Source: Vermamoeba vermiformis (taxonomy: Eukaryota). Taken from it: DNA of 64,000 nucleotides. The notes under the pieces are model-generated. The model ran no database searches and had not been told where the DNA came from. It saw only the letters and a list, made by a program, of their open reading frames with translations. A program made the position numbers and the translations under genes. Where the stretch lies: contig JBEWZL010000109.1 of the NCBI GenBank assembly GCA_045837725.1, positions 310,001 to 374,000 on the forward strand, written 5' to 3'. Positions 13,938-26,593 of the stretch are shown here, piece by piece. Numbering within the stretch: position 1 is the stretch's first letter; each line of letters begins with the position of its first letter.

Positions 13938-14633
13938 ATGGACAAAGAAGTGATAGATTTGATCAATCTGGGAGAGTTTGCTAATAACTTCCTTAATGAT
14001 AATGGAAAAGTCACCTTCAATTCATACTTGGCATTTTGGGAGAGCATCCCCGAAAAATCAACGCTCTATCTAGCAGTTCTATTAACCAAAATACTCTCGA
14101 TTCAAAACGGCGAGGACAAGCTTATACCTTTACCCGAATATGTACGAAGATTAGCCGAGAATACATTACCAAAAGAGTTGGATGGCATTGGAGCAGCTCG
14201 GGCCATTGAAATAGACGAAAAAGATATCCTTTTAATATTTAATTCAAAATATTTAAAAATTAGCTCTTTTTGCTTGTAATTTAATTCCACACTGCTTTAT
14301 AGTATTATCGGACGTGGTATTATATTATTCTTATTGTTTCTTGGTCCAAATTGAAATTGAAAACTAGACTTTGGATGACAGCCTATTTGCGATTATTTCC
14401 GCTTTTTTCGCTGTAATTCCCTTAAATTAATTTTAAAATAATACAATTGTTCAGTTACATCAGTTTCGTTTCTTTAATTTTTGCGCTTATGGCAAAGTAA
14501 AGCTGATGCGCTCTTTGTATCACATCCAGCGTTAAACTTTATGAACTTTTTGCTATTAAAATAAGCAAATATAAACAGCACTATTGATATACTATGGCAT
14601 CAAATTTATTGGCATTATTTCCACCTCGGATGA
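13938..14633 (+). CDS. Hypothetical protein; exon structure unresolved
   Basis: A 113-aa coding-like ORF followed by several short GT/AG-bounded segments. No family recognised and both boundaries are uncertain. Confidence 0.35.
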
Positions 14634-14757
14634 AATCTCAACTCAGATTACTTTCGCGCCATTAGCCGACTTCAATGATCTTAATTATACTCGCTTGCTA
14701 TACTCCTTATATATTATTTTTACCATTATCTTCCTTAACTAACGCTCACCTGTCGAG

Positions 14758-17700
14758 ATGCACAGTCGGTTGTTAACCACAGCTTACTTCATATCGCTGT
14801 TCTATTCAAACTCCGCAGAGTTCCAGCCATTCTTTACTGCACTAGCGCGATTCAACATATTTAGAGAGGCGCAGAAGGTCCGCCCAGTCTCCACTCAATT
14901 GAGAACCAATGAATTTTTATTCTCGGACGAGGTAAGTTCGATTGAAATATAGGACGACCTTAAATATGCTCAATATAGCTTATCTAAGGTTTTACCATAA
15001 TATTTTAACGCGTTATACGAATATTAAAGAAATTGAACGCAGATCTGCCAAAAAAATCCGAACAAATCTTTCTTTAATACTAATAATTTGCTTAATGATA
15101 GATTACGCGATTACACTCGACACCGAACTATTTGCTCTCATTTGATGGTCTCAAATTCCTCATTCAACAATTAACTATTATTGATTTTCCTGCCGATTAT
15201 AATTTCAAGTCTATCAGCAGTAACTATGGTAAGAAATACGATATAATATTGTATATGATCGTGTATATATTCATACCGTATTTTATAGTGGCTCCTAGCT
15301 TAGTTAATCCATTTTTGCGACGAGCGTTGCTGCGGATGGACCGTCAATTTACCAATATGTTGTTCGATGTGACTATAGATTACTTTAGACACCCTAGTCT
15401 ATCAGAAGAGATGGTCCTTGCTCTCATGCACACATTTAAGAGCTATTTGACGGCGGTACGCGAATTTTCCTAATTTGGAAATGGCTCTTTGAACTTCTAT
15501 TCTTACAATAACATATATACAGGTGCCTAATCCTCCTACTTCATTGATGAAAAAGGCAGTTGAACGACTGAAGCAATATTATTTATGGCCGAAGCCCTAT
15601 TCAGACTACGCGAAGGATGTTTTGGATCTCATTACCCTTGAAATTCGAGCACCTGGTGCTGGTTATCGAAGCAGATATGTCGAAGAGTTCCCTCATCTCG
15701 TACCTCATCCTAGTGGCAACGAATATCCCATCACTGGAAAGTAAGTCTCTTTTTTATTGAGATCCGCATCCGTTACAAAAACTTTTTGAATGAATTCTAA
15801 CGGCTTGATTTACAGGGAAAGAACAGCTTATTTGATCATAGATAAGGATTGCGGCAATGCATACGCGTTCAGCGAGATTTTAAACACTTACAAGCCACGA
15901 GTACCTACCGATCTAGAAATTCATCTTGGCATTCTAAGCAGTATCCTTAAAATGCATATAATACCATTAATATACTTATGTATTCTATATTTACCTTAAC
16001 CAATGCTCTCAGACATATTTATTGGCTGTTTGAATATAGATCCTGCAACGTTGAACCTCGGTTACTGCAACCAAGACGATATTGCATCTCTTTGTACAGA
16101 AGCTGTTAATATTATGAACAGAACATTATTGATGTAAGTCCTATATTTAATAAGCCTCTATTTGAAGTTACGAAACTAATCGCATCTGATCAGCCGCGAT
16201 GAAAAAGAAGCAGAAGCGTTTAGAACTAAAGAATTGCTGCGATTGAAAGAAATGATTATGAGGGCACCTAAAAACGCTCAATTAACTAGCGAGATAGTTG
16301 CTCCAAGGTAATTTCAAATTTTTATAATTCCGATCCCGCTACAAAAATTCTTAGAACAAAGTCTAAAATTCTATAAATATGGTTATAATATGTACTAATG
16401 AAGCGTATATAGAGTACCACTGGATTTTGTGACCAAAGTCATCGATTGCAGCAATGAATCGCTCAAGACCCAATCTTACTCGTCCAACAATATTCGACAG
16501 TATCATTTGCAACGGCCAAGCTTCCAACTATTAGACGAGATCCTAGGCCAAGCATACAATTCTCTTAAAGACTTCAATTTTATTCCTCCCGCTAGGTACG
16601 TACCTCGATCGGATCCGATTTTTTCGAAATTTCATTTACTTATGCTTATTTAATATAGGCGGCCGTTCGTACGCATCGGTATCGTAGGAAATGATTCAAC
16701 AGTCCATAATATTATTTCTGCCTACCTTGGCATGCGAATTACTCGTCCGGACTACTTCCACAAGCTGGACGTGCGATTCTTCTTGATTCCTATTGACGAT
16801 TGTCATCTTGCTGGCTTTATGGGTCGACAAGACAAGTGGTACGGCCGTCAAGTCGCTTGCATGACTAAATGCGTCTTTGGATTGTACCCTTCACCTCAAG
16901 GCACCGGATTCATCAACCTCGACGAGGTAACAGTCTAACCACATATTCACTAATACTATATAATGCCTATATTTACTACAAACATGATAATTATGATAAT
17001 TGTAGTCCGAGTCATTTGAAGTAATTTCCAGTACGCGTAAGATCTAATTGCTTGTTTTAAATTCCAGGAAGTTGCTAAAGTAAAGACAGCTGCGTATCCT
17101 CATCCTACACCATCACCTGCTTACGTCCTAAGAACCGAAATTGAAAATTACTTCCGCGAAGCTCGGTGGCCTTTAAATGTAAGATCCACTTCATTATTAT
17201 ACGTCATAATAATATTAACCAATGAATATAGATGACTATCTTCCAATGCGAGTGCTTTAAGACAGTTTTTGAGACCACATCCGTCGTCATTCCATTCGCA
17301 CAACGCGCTGAAGTTGGAATGAACGTGGCAAATATAAGCAAGGTACGTCAAAACGGGTTAATAGGCACTAATAGGATGATACTGATACGACTCATTAGGA
17401 TGCCAATGCTACCCGCTTGCCGCCTGCTTTGCTATGTCTTAAATTCTTGCATGTAAGTATTCACATAATTGTAGTACAGTCGTTACTTTCCGTGACTCTG
17501 CACCGGATCGATCCGATCTGGAACTTGCTTACACATAACTCTTTGATCTTGTACCAATGTATCGTATAGGTCAATCCAGTAGGAGTGCCGCGCATGAGTC
17601 GTCCAACAGAGCCCCGTTTGTATGAGACCATTTCAATGAGCGCTGTCTCGTGGTCACCTGAAGAGGGCACTGACGCTCACCCATCACGCAGTTGGCTCGA

Positions 17701-18268
17701 AATGTACATTCGCGAATCTGACGCGGTACGTACTATACTATAGTATAATACTATACCTCGATATTTGATAGTAACAATAACACCTACCTCTAAACCGAGC
17801 GGGATCTAACTTTCATTTTTTGCGATAACAGAAAGAAAAGAAAAAGAAAGACCGAAGCACCAAAGAAAAGAGTTCTTCGTCAAAGAGCAAGCCAGAAGAT
17901 TCCAAAAAAGGAAAGTCTGGTCGAAATTATCACGTGGCCAATGTTGAGATCGAGCCACAAGATAAGACACGAACATTTGAAGTCATGTTAGATGGCATTG
18001 TCTACGGTCCCTTCGCTAAGATTAAGTAAGTACTAGTTTCGCATTATTATTTGTCCTTTTTGAGTTAATTCAACTCGCGGATGCGCATCCAACACTTTTT
18101 CGCATCCGTTGCAAATTACATTGATTATTTATCACGATCTCTATATTATATGATACTAACGGTGCCTAACATAGGATTGTGGCGGCGGCGGACATTGCAA
18201 CAGATATGATCTATTCGTTCCCCATGATGAGTTACTTGCCTTCAGAAGTGGAAGAAATTCAACCGTAA
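14758..18268 (+). CDS. PI3K class IB regulatory subunit (p101/p87, PIK3R5/6)-like protein, multi-exon
   Basis: YLWPKPYSDYAKDVLDLITLEIRAPGAGYR, RIGIVGNDS...AYLGMR...LDVRFFLIP, LAGFMGRQDKWYGRQV, FEVMLDG and terminal FPMMSY match p101-family motifs as recalled, in the same order. Confidence 0.75.
15941..16012 (+). other. U12-type (minor) GT-AG intron
   Basis: 5' site GTATCCTT; branch ACCTTAAC ends at 16000, just before the AG at 16011-16012. Removal restores the frame. Confidence 0.85.
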
Positions 18269-18469
18269 GAAGGAAAGTTTCAAAGTTTTAATTATTTAAG
18301 ACACGCGTCGAATCAATTAATCAAAAATAAACCCATTGTATTATTTAATTTATTTCAAAAGGTCAGTAACAATTAAAATCACAAAAACGACCAGAGCCAC
18401 TTAGAGCCTCCACGACTGAAAAAGAGAAAAATGAAAAAAAAAGGAACCACAAGGTGGGACAGAGGCCAG

Positions 18470-18630
18470 TAGAGTAAAAGGGAAGAAAGGGCGGAAAAGG
18501 GGGGGAGGGCCCGGGAGAAGGATCAGGAATAGGAAGTGGGGGGGGGAAGGGAGGGGTAGTGGGCGGCCGAGGGAGAGAGGGGGGAGGGTAGAAGGGGGGC
18601 CACGTGGCGGGGGGGGGGTGAGGAGTGAGT
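18470..18630 (+). repeat. G-rich purine low-complexity tract
   Basis: Many G3-G10 runs separated mostly by A, abrupt against the AT-rich background. Confidence 0.8.
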
Positions 18631-18741
18631 CCAAGGCATCCGATAAGTGAATAGCGAGAATTCTCCTGGCAAACTCAAATGAGTCGGCAATTAGTTTATT
18701 CGAACAAAAAAGATTGCAATGCCAATTCTACATGAGGTCCA

Positions 18742-20940
18742 TCAGAAGGCTACTAATAAGGACAAGGCATTAATAGCTAAAACTACTGCACTAACTTGAG
18801 CGGTGGTTGACAACGCGGAACGAGGTGCAACACTACCAGGAGGAATGTAACTAGGACCAATAGTGGTGTCAGGTACGTTTTGGTTGGAATTGGGTGTAAT
18901 AATAGGCACGGGTGCAACATACCCAGGGGGTTTGACCGGATCTGCTTCAATGGCCATCGTGTCCAGTGCGCCAGGAGTGCTGAACATGAGTGCGGAGGGG
19001 TGCATGGGATCAGGATCAAGTACTCTCATTGACACCTGTCCGTTGTTCTTTGACACGAGGTACACGGTGCCTGCCACGCGTGCATTGACAGTGATGTTGC
19101 CGCAGCCAGGCAACACAGCCACCACTTCGCGGTCGTTGCCTTGCTGAGCCCACGCGGTCAAGAGCCACTTGTTAGCATTAGGCATCTTGCGCGCGAGGAC
19201 GTAGACACCAGGGGAGATGTTAGGACCCTGTGGCTCGCCGACAATGTCGAGACAGTAGAGCGGAATAGGCTCGGTCAGCACGTTGAAGGGGTGAATGTAA
19301 CTGCCAGCCACGAGATCTCCTTCACGCAAATAATCTTCCAAGTGCGAGAAGAGCGCTTGAGCACGTGATATGTCCATGTACTGACGCAGCCACGGGTGCA
19401 GCGCTGTGCCCATTGGCTGATTACGGACTGCTTGGCCCTCGTACGTGCCGTTGTACACAAAGTAGCCGGATGCACCACCAAGACCACCTGAAGTAAACAT
19501 TATTTTAAGGAAGCCAGTCCATCGATCTTGTTCGGCAATAAGGTAGCTTGCAAGTGAATGACCGCCAACGCAAATCCACGCGTAAAAATTTTTTTGTCCA
19601 AATCGGATCTGGCCTCCGACTTCATTAAGCATCTTCCAGGTCATATCAGCAGGGTTGTATAGTTGATCTAAACCGGCCCATCCGCCATTACCATCATGGA
19701 AATAGATTTGTGGCTGCGGGATCGTCGAAACACCGATCTTGATAAAGTCTTCGTAATCTCGCTGCCATGCCGCCCAACCATTCCATCGTCCTCTATCAGA
19801 GCCATATGAATTAGTATAGAGGCCATAAAACACTTCGTCGTTGCGCCACGTAACGTTCTTTGTGGCTTCCTCGAAAATAATTCGTTCATGCATTGCCGCT
19901 GTTTGTGAGACCTTGCGCGTCAACGCCTCGTTCCTAGTCTCGTTAACATAAGAAGAATTTTTCCAACAATAAGGATCTAATTGGCCTGGGAACCCGATCG
20001 CTGAGATCAATTCCGGATCTTTCAAGTACGAACAGCCGAGCCAGCCGACCACACCAAGACCATATTCGCCATTGCTAGTTATAAATGATAGTGGGTATGT
20101 CTTCGACAGAGTAGCGGCGCATTCACCAATAGGTCTGGCAACGGATCTGACCCAATCTAACGGCGCCAAAGGACTCATATCCGGATTGTCGTTTGAGCCC
20201 AGTCTATTGCCATCCGAATCATGCAACCATACTGACTCTGGTATAGTCTGACCACTAGCTGCTGCGTCTTCAAGCCATTTGCCACCGGATCGAGCGTATC
20301 CAGGTAACGCTGCAGCGAATTGTGCGACAGTCTTATAACGACCGTTGCCAGCAACAGCAATAGCAAGAGCTTCAGTATTGTGACCTGCACTGTAGTCGGG
20401 AGGGCCACTAGCACCAGAGATGTCGCCTGTACAGTACGCCGGATAAATCGCCAGATCGAGTCCAAAGCCCCAGCGGTCAGCGAGTTCCAGTAGCAGCGGT
20501 ATACCATGTGATATCATACCGGTCAATGGGGGCATAGTATGACCGTCTCGGTACACTCCTGCGAGTGAATTCTTGAGATAATCCAAACCGGTGGATGCAT
20601 CTGTGGGAGTCCACGGATTAGCGAGCAAATTAACCACAGTTGATAGCTCAACGTTGTCCTTGGATGCAATGGTAAGAGTAAGAGTGAATGTATACTCTCC
20701 TGGCTCTATCATCGCCACCATAGTTTCGTTCGCGGTCGGATTAGCAATTGAAACGGGTCCCACGCCGCTCTCGACGCTCCATTTATATGACGTAGGAGCA
20801 TCTGATCCGCCATAATACAGCTTCACTTGGTTGATCGGGAGTTGGATTGAGCCAGTTGAGCCAGCAGAAATGTTGTCTGCATCCGTCGTTACAGAGCACA
20901 GAACTAACGCCCAGAATAGTACCAGATGTATCCGATGCAT
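18742..20940 (-). CDS. Intronless 732-aa secreted/surface protein with a PKD/Ig-like domain and a hydrophobic (GPI-like) C-terminus
   Basis: Signal peptide; SYKWSVESG...IANPTA...PGEYTFTLT PKD pattern; large Trp/Gly/Tyr-rich central domain; Pro/Ser/Thr linker followed by VSAVVLAINALSLLVAF*. Confidence 0.85.
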   Translation of the reverse strand: MHRIHLVLFWALVLCSVTTDADNISAGSTGSIQLPINQVKLYYGGSDAPTSYKWSVESGVGPVSIANPTANETMVAMIEPGEYTFTLTLTIASKDNVELSTVVNLLANPWTPTDASTGLDYLKNSLAGVYRDGHTMPPLTGMISHGIPLLLELADRWGFGLDLAIYPAYCTGDISGASGPPDYSAGHNTEALAIAVAGNGRYKTVAQFAAALPGYARSGGKWLEDAAASGQTIPESVWLHDSDGNRLGSNDNPDMSPLAPLDWVRSVARPIGECAATLSKTYPLSFITSNGEYGLGVVGWLGCSYLKDPELISAIGFPGQLDPYCWKNSSYVNETRNEALTRKVSQTAAMHERIIFEEATKNVTWRNDEVFYGLYTNSYGSDRGRWNGWAAWQRDYEDFIKIGVSTIPQPQIYFHDGNGGWAGLDQLYNPADMTWKMLNEVGGQIRFGQKNFYAWICVGGHSLASYLIAEQDRWTGFLKIMFTSGGLGGASGYFVYNGTYEGQAVRNQPMGTALHPWLRQYMDISRAQALFSHLEDYLREGDLVAGSYIHPFNVLTEPIPLYCLDIVGEPQGPNISPGVYVLARKMPNANKWLLTAWAQQGNDREVVAVLPGCGNITVNARVAGTVYLVSKNNGQVSMRVLDPDPMHPSALMFSTPGALDTMAIEADPVKPPGYVAPVPIITPNSNQNVPDTTIGPSYIPPGSVAPRSALSTTAQVSAVVLAINALSLLVAF

Positions 20941-21978
20941 TTAACAACGCAAGTATGCAAGTTTTAACCTGAATAGTTTGGATTAGGACAAATATAACGG
21001 ATTTTTGAAGTAAATAAGTAAGGTAGATCTTACTCTGTTGTTGCTTTCTTATCAATGCGTTAAAAATTGATATAAATTATGCGAATCTTTTCGAATCTTT
21101 AGCAGAACAACATAATTTGACGGAGACCGGTCTAATTACTTTTTTTGGTAATTAATTTAAATAATTAGCGCGTGTAAAGAAGTTAAATCACCTTGTAATA
21201 ACCATCCTTAACTGTAAATTACACTAATAACTTCTTTAAAGTTATTATACGGACTTAGGCTAATTACATGACCAGTAGCAGGATCTCGTTAGCTTAGTTG
21301 CAGCACTCTTTCAGCTCGATTTGAATTAATCCTTGTCAACTCATTGCTCTATTTTTTTAATGGTCTAGATTATTCTACGTTGTTGCACTTGTTTGCCAGG
21401 TGAAAACTGGAGCGTCTTTAATTTATTTAGATATCTTATTGTTTTTATATAAAATAACCTGGACAGGAGTTAAACCAGCTTAGAGACTATGCCCACGACA
21501 ATGCAAAGAGATTAATTTAGCTCTTAATAATGGTTCTTTTTCTTCAATTTACGATTGCAACAAGATTCCACTTACAAGCAGACCTAGTAGCCCCACGCAG
21601 CCAACACCGACTTGCCTAATAATAGTCCACATGCCGTCGCTGGAAGATTGGAATGGTTGATCGGTGTAACCGCCAAAACTTTATGACCCCCTTGGAACGA
21701 ACTCACCAACACCTACCTACCCCCAAAACCACCCTAACCCTTTCACCGGGTGACCCTAACCCATCAGTTGACCGAAGTAAAGTCACAATTAGGGACCACT
21801 GGCAAACAAATACAACAACGTACAGGACCGCAGGAACATTGGGGACTATTTCATGTTTTGTCCCATGGCACAACGGTACTTATTTGCAAAGCTTCGTAAA
21901 GAAAGTAAACAATTATTAGCGGCTAGATTGATTACACTGAAGCCCAGAACGATGCAACAAGACAGATCTACTTTTTCT

Positions 21979-23423
21979 ATGGCCGGAAACAATCAAGCCA
22001 AAAAAGATTGGAACCCGAATTTATATGGAAAATTTAGCGGAGTAAGTAGTTAACGTGGAGTATTAATATAATCAATATTAATATGATCCGAGACCAAAAA
22101 AAAATGAAATTAATTTGACACTTAAATATTTATGCTTCACTCTCGCGCTTACGGATTTAAATTTACGAATAAATATAAATATACATATATATTTTTTGCT
22201 TTCTAATCAAAATCATCCCAATAGGAAAGAGCGAAACCGTTCTTAGATCTGATATCTCATATTGATTTCAAGCCAGGCATGAAAATACTCGATCTTGGTA
22301 CTCGCATTACAACTATAATATACTTTGTCGTATAAAATTTACTGAACTCACCGCGGACAGGTTGTGGATCAGGCAACTTAACAAAAATTCTTACGGAAGT
22401 GCCGGATAGGTACATACATAACATAATCATATACTTCTTGTATTAACAATGTATATGATCTCATTAGCACTGTACTTGGCGTTGATAATTCAGCTTCAAT
22501 GCTCGAAGCAGCCGAAAAAGAGATCGATGATACAAACAGAGGGCGTTTGAGCTTTCAATTAGGAACCATTGAAGAGGTCGACAAGATTGAAGGTAAGATA
22601 TATATACAATTATGTTTCGCTCCTTGCGATTGTAAAGTATTCATTTCAAGATCCGGATCTTCAAAAACAAACTCCGTTACATGGACGACAATAGATTTTA
22701 ATATCATATGAATAGGTCAATTCGACGTCGTAGTATCCAATGCAGCTATTCACTGGGTCGCTGGACACGAGACAATCGTACCGAAAATGCTCTCGAAGGT
22801 CACTCCTGGTACGCACTAATTCACGCTTAGAAACAGTAATCTAAACTATATATACTTATACATATTGCGTGGCTTAGAGACAGGATATATTGCCGTACAA
22901 GTGCCGACCAATCACAATCAAGAGTTCTACGTAATGATGCGCGAAATAGCCGCTGAGCCTCAGTACGTTTTTGAACTTCAATTACTTTTAAATAGTTTCT
23001 AAATATTAGGATAATATATATTGATAATATATTGGGTAGATTTGATGAGCACTTAAAAGGATTTCGATTGAGATGGCCCGTACTGGAGATCGACGAGTAC
23101 GCGAAATTGCTCTACGCGAACAAATGCCACAATATTAATTGCTATGAGCGAGTGTATCCTCATATATTAGAAAACGGAAAGGCAATTGTTGATTGGGTCT
23201 CTGCGACTGGTACGGATTTGTGATCACAAAAAAATTCGTTCAAAATTAGATCTGGCTTACCGTTTGTTTAGGAATGAGGACTTATACGACTAGATTGCCC
23301 GCCGAATTGCAAGAAAAGTTTGGCCAGCGCCTGTTGGAGAAGATTAATGCAAAATATCCTGAAGGACCAATCTTCTATCCTTTCCGTCGATTATTTTTTA
23401 TCGCGCAACGCGGCAAGCAGTAA
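21979..23423 (+). CDS. tam: Trans-aconitate 2-methyltransferase (Tam)-like SAM methyltransferase, multi-exon
   Basis: WNPNLYGKFSGERAKPFLDLI, ILDLGCGSGNLT, GVDNSASML, FDVVVSNAAIHWV, AVQVPTNH, YPFRRLFFIA. Confidence 0.85.
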
Positions 23424-23863
23424 TTTTTAATGTAATTAAATCGGTATTTATAAATAATAATTCGTTTTATAGAATTCTAATTTATTAATTTGCTCCATCT
23501 ACCTTACGCCAATCTTATTTTGCGTTCTTCCCACAGTTCATGCATATTCCAGGTTTGCATATATTACAGTGACTCCATTCTCCCAAGTCTCGATTACACG
23601 TCTTGCAGATGGACGGAAAAGATCTCGGACGTCTTTCCTCGTAAATCAAGAACGAAAGACATGCAGCACAAAATCGATCGTCCTTAGACTCAGTATTATT
23701 ATCAGCCATGCTTGTTCTCAAATAACAAAAGTGATGTTTAGAATTGAGCGCCAAAAAAATTTTCTACAACGGTCTCGCGATCCAAAGTGAAGTTCAGAAA
23801 ATACAAAAGCAAGAAACAGCACAACAAACCAGTATGATATTATTTTGACACGGATAGCCACAA

Positions 23864-25565
23864 ATGAGCAGTCGAAGAAGTGCACGAAACAAGACTGTCT
23901 CCTCGGTGAATGTGACAAGTGCCGGTGTTGATGCGCCTGCCACGACGACAGAACAAGAAAATAAGAGCCCTGCAAATGTAAATAATAGTGATAATGGTGT
24001 GGAGGCCGTTGCGGATAGCAATCAAGGGTCAGAAAGCGAGATTCAATGTGGCATCTGTTTTGACGATATTACTTTGCGTGGAGTGATCGATAGTTGTGAG
24101 CACACATGTACGTATTTTTATTTTGTATTATTAGAATAATTATTGCGTTATTATTTAATTCTGCGAATCTGCAGTTCAAAATTATTAATTATTCGTAAAC
24201 TAGATTGTTTCACGTGTATTCACAACTGGAGTAAGGTAAATATATTCTACCGTCCAAATATAGTGAATAATTATTAATCCACGATCTAGGTGACGAATCT
24301 GTGTCCGTTCTGTAAACAACGGTTCACGTCGATCCAGAAAAAAACAGTAAGTGAACTTCACTTCTTTCGCGCCATTGCTTAACCTATATGACGTTCACAT
24401 TTCCTAACACGCAATTATTAGTTGAAAGGTCCTCCACCGAAGGATGAGAACAAGAAACTTAAGATCAAGAACAAAACGCAACAACAACCAGACAATTTTG
24501 ATATTCGTGACTTCATTAGCTCTGAAGAAGAGTATGACTACTCGTTCGAAGAAGATGACGATCCAGAGGATGGCGAGTACCGTGGCAGAAATGGTTTGAC
24601 CGCCGACATCCGCTCTCAAATCCACCTCCTCGGTACGATTCTTTTGTTGTTGCAATATAACTGCAATTTGTGATTAATATCGTAACACCGTAAATCGACT
24701 ATCCAGTACAATCTTCTAGAAGCTAATTTATCGTTTTCCTATTTTTGGCCTTTTTAGTACTAAAGTTTACGTTGTTAATTAATTTCATTTCTATAATTAG
24801 CCCGTAACTACCAACGTCGTGGCTTCAATGTGAATATCGAGCTGTTCCAGAGAGACTCACCACATATTATTATCGACGACGAAGTAGCTTTAGATGAGGA
24901 AGGGGAAGTTGTAACGCTCGGGCAAGGATCCAGAAGACATCCACCACGTGCTGGTGCTGGTCCAAACAGAGCCCGAAGCAACAATAACAGACGACGAAGA
25001 GCACTGGAAGAAGCTGAGGCTGAAATGGCTGACTTTATCGTGCCCGACGATGACTGGGAGATGCAGTCAGCGGAACCATCCTATGGCTCGGAAGAACTAT
25101 CAGATGATGAGATCATGGCTGACGAGCCACGAAGACCTGCTCAGAAACGACGACGACCCGCTGCTAATAATAGCCGGGCTGGACGTAATAATAATTCCCG
25201 CAATAGAAACGTTGGTGCAAGGAACAACAACGGCAATGTCAATCGTGCACCACGAAGAACAGTTAGCCGAGCCAACAGTAACACTAGCACTGCTCCCATC
25301 GCAATCGACGATGACATCCCGTTCATCGATGCTACAGGTGACATTCAACTTTCCCACGGCACGATGAGTCAAGAAGACGCAGAGGCTATTGCCCGAGCTT
25401 TGCAAGAAAACGAGGAGGAACAAAGGCGTATCTCCTATGACAGCGAAGATGACGAGATTACTTTGAGATCACGACGAAAGGTGCGAAGAACAAACTAAGC
25501 ACCTTGGTCATGTTTGGCTCATTGTACAGTGTAAAGTATATATATAAACTGTATTTTAGCGGTAG
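23864..25565 (+). CDS. RING finger (C3HC4, PHRF1/SCAF11-like) protein with acidic/Asn-Arg disordered tail
   Basis: CGICFDD...DSCEH..CFTCIHNWSKVTNLCPFCKQRF across small exons. The stop is at 25498 if unspliced, or 25565 after a last intron. Confidence 0.8.
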
Positions 25566-26593
25566 TCGCGCGAGCCAAGGCCACAGGGTAAACTCGGAGT
25601 GCGTTGAAGGAGATCTCACGATATTTTTGTGACACGTAAAAGATTCGACAGTGTGCCTAGGCTCACGATCGACCCCAAACAAAACGGTAGCAACCTTACA
25701 TATATGCCATTTAGCATCAGATGCCACCAGATAAATTCATAAGCTGTTATGATTCATTTTGCACGCGTTTACAATTTCGGATCACAACAATTAACAGAAA
25801 TATTCCGTCGCAAAGTGCAATCTTCGATTTAACTTTTCATCTTGCAACCAAATGACCGATACAGGGAGAAAATGAGATAATTTAGGGCCTTCTCAATAAC
25901 TCAAGAGGTTGTAGTCGGTTGGGCAGATCGTTGAACAGGCTTTAATATACGACAAGTATGTGCGAATGGGGCGAATGCATCGTAGAATCGAACTGCCACC
26001 TATTTAATAAATGTAATTTATATTATGCGCCATTTTTAGCAACTTTTAATATAGGCAGGGAAATTTCTTGATTTTTAATTAATTGTCTGCGGCAGCCGCA
26101 ATCAGTTGTATGACGTCGTATTTGCACCGGAACGAAGGAGGATGTTTGACGCGATATGTAAGTAGCTTTCCGCCCCTGAGATCGTTATTCATAAATTGAC
26201 CAGTACCTGGCGGTAAACTCGCCGCAATAATGACTATTTATGGCAAGGTATAACAAAAACAAAAGCAAAGAGGCGCGAACGCACTGGATTATCGTCACAT
26301 TATTAATACCTGGTTTATCACTCCTTGCAACGATAAGAAAAATGAAATCGTTGATTGCCAGGTTGCCGTACTGAAAAAAATAGTTACGAGATATAGGGGG
26401 TGATTTAGCGACAAATGCTATTTCTGGAAATGGTTCAGTGAAGCAATTAGTAATGAACGCCAAATGGTTGAAATCCCGCAAGCAATAATAAAGTTTTTTC
26501 TCCTTTCGGCTTTTGTTTATTGTCAGCAGATCTTGGTCACGGAACACCACACGCCTCAACTTTATAGTATTTAATTACTGGCATCCTATTATA

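Noticed and set aside
18401-18634. Pro-rich 77-aa ORF on the minus strand
   Set aside because: It is simply the translation of the G-rich low-complexity tract.
25630-25650. U5 loop I-like CTTTTAC on the minus strand
   Set aside because: Lacks the invariant GCC and the flanking stem and Sm site.
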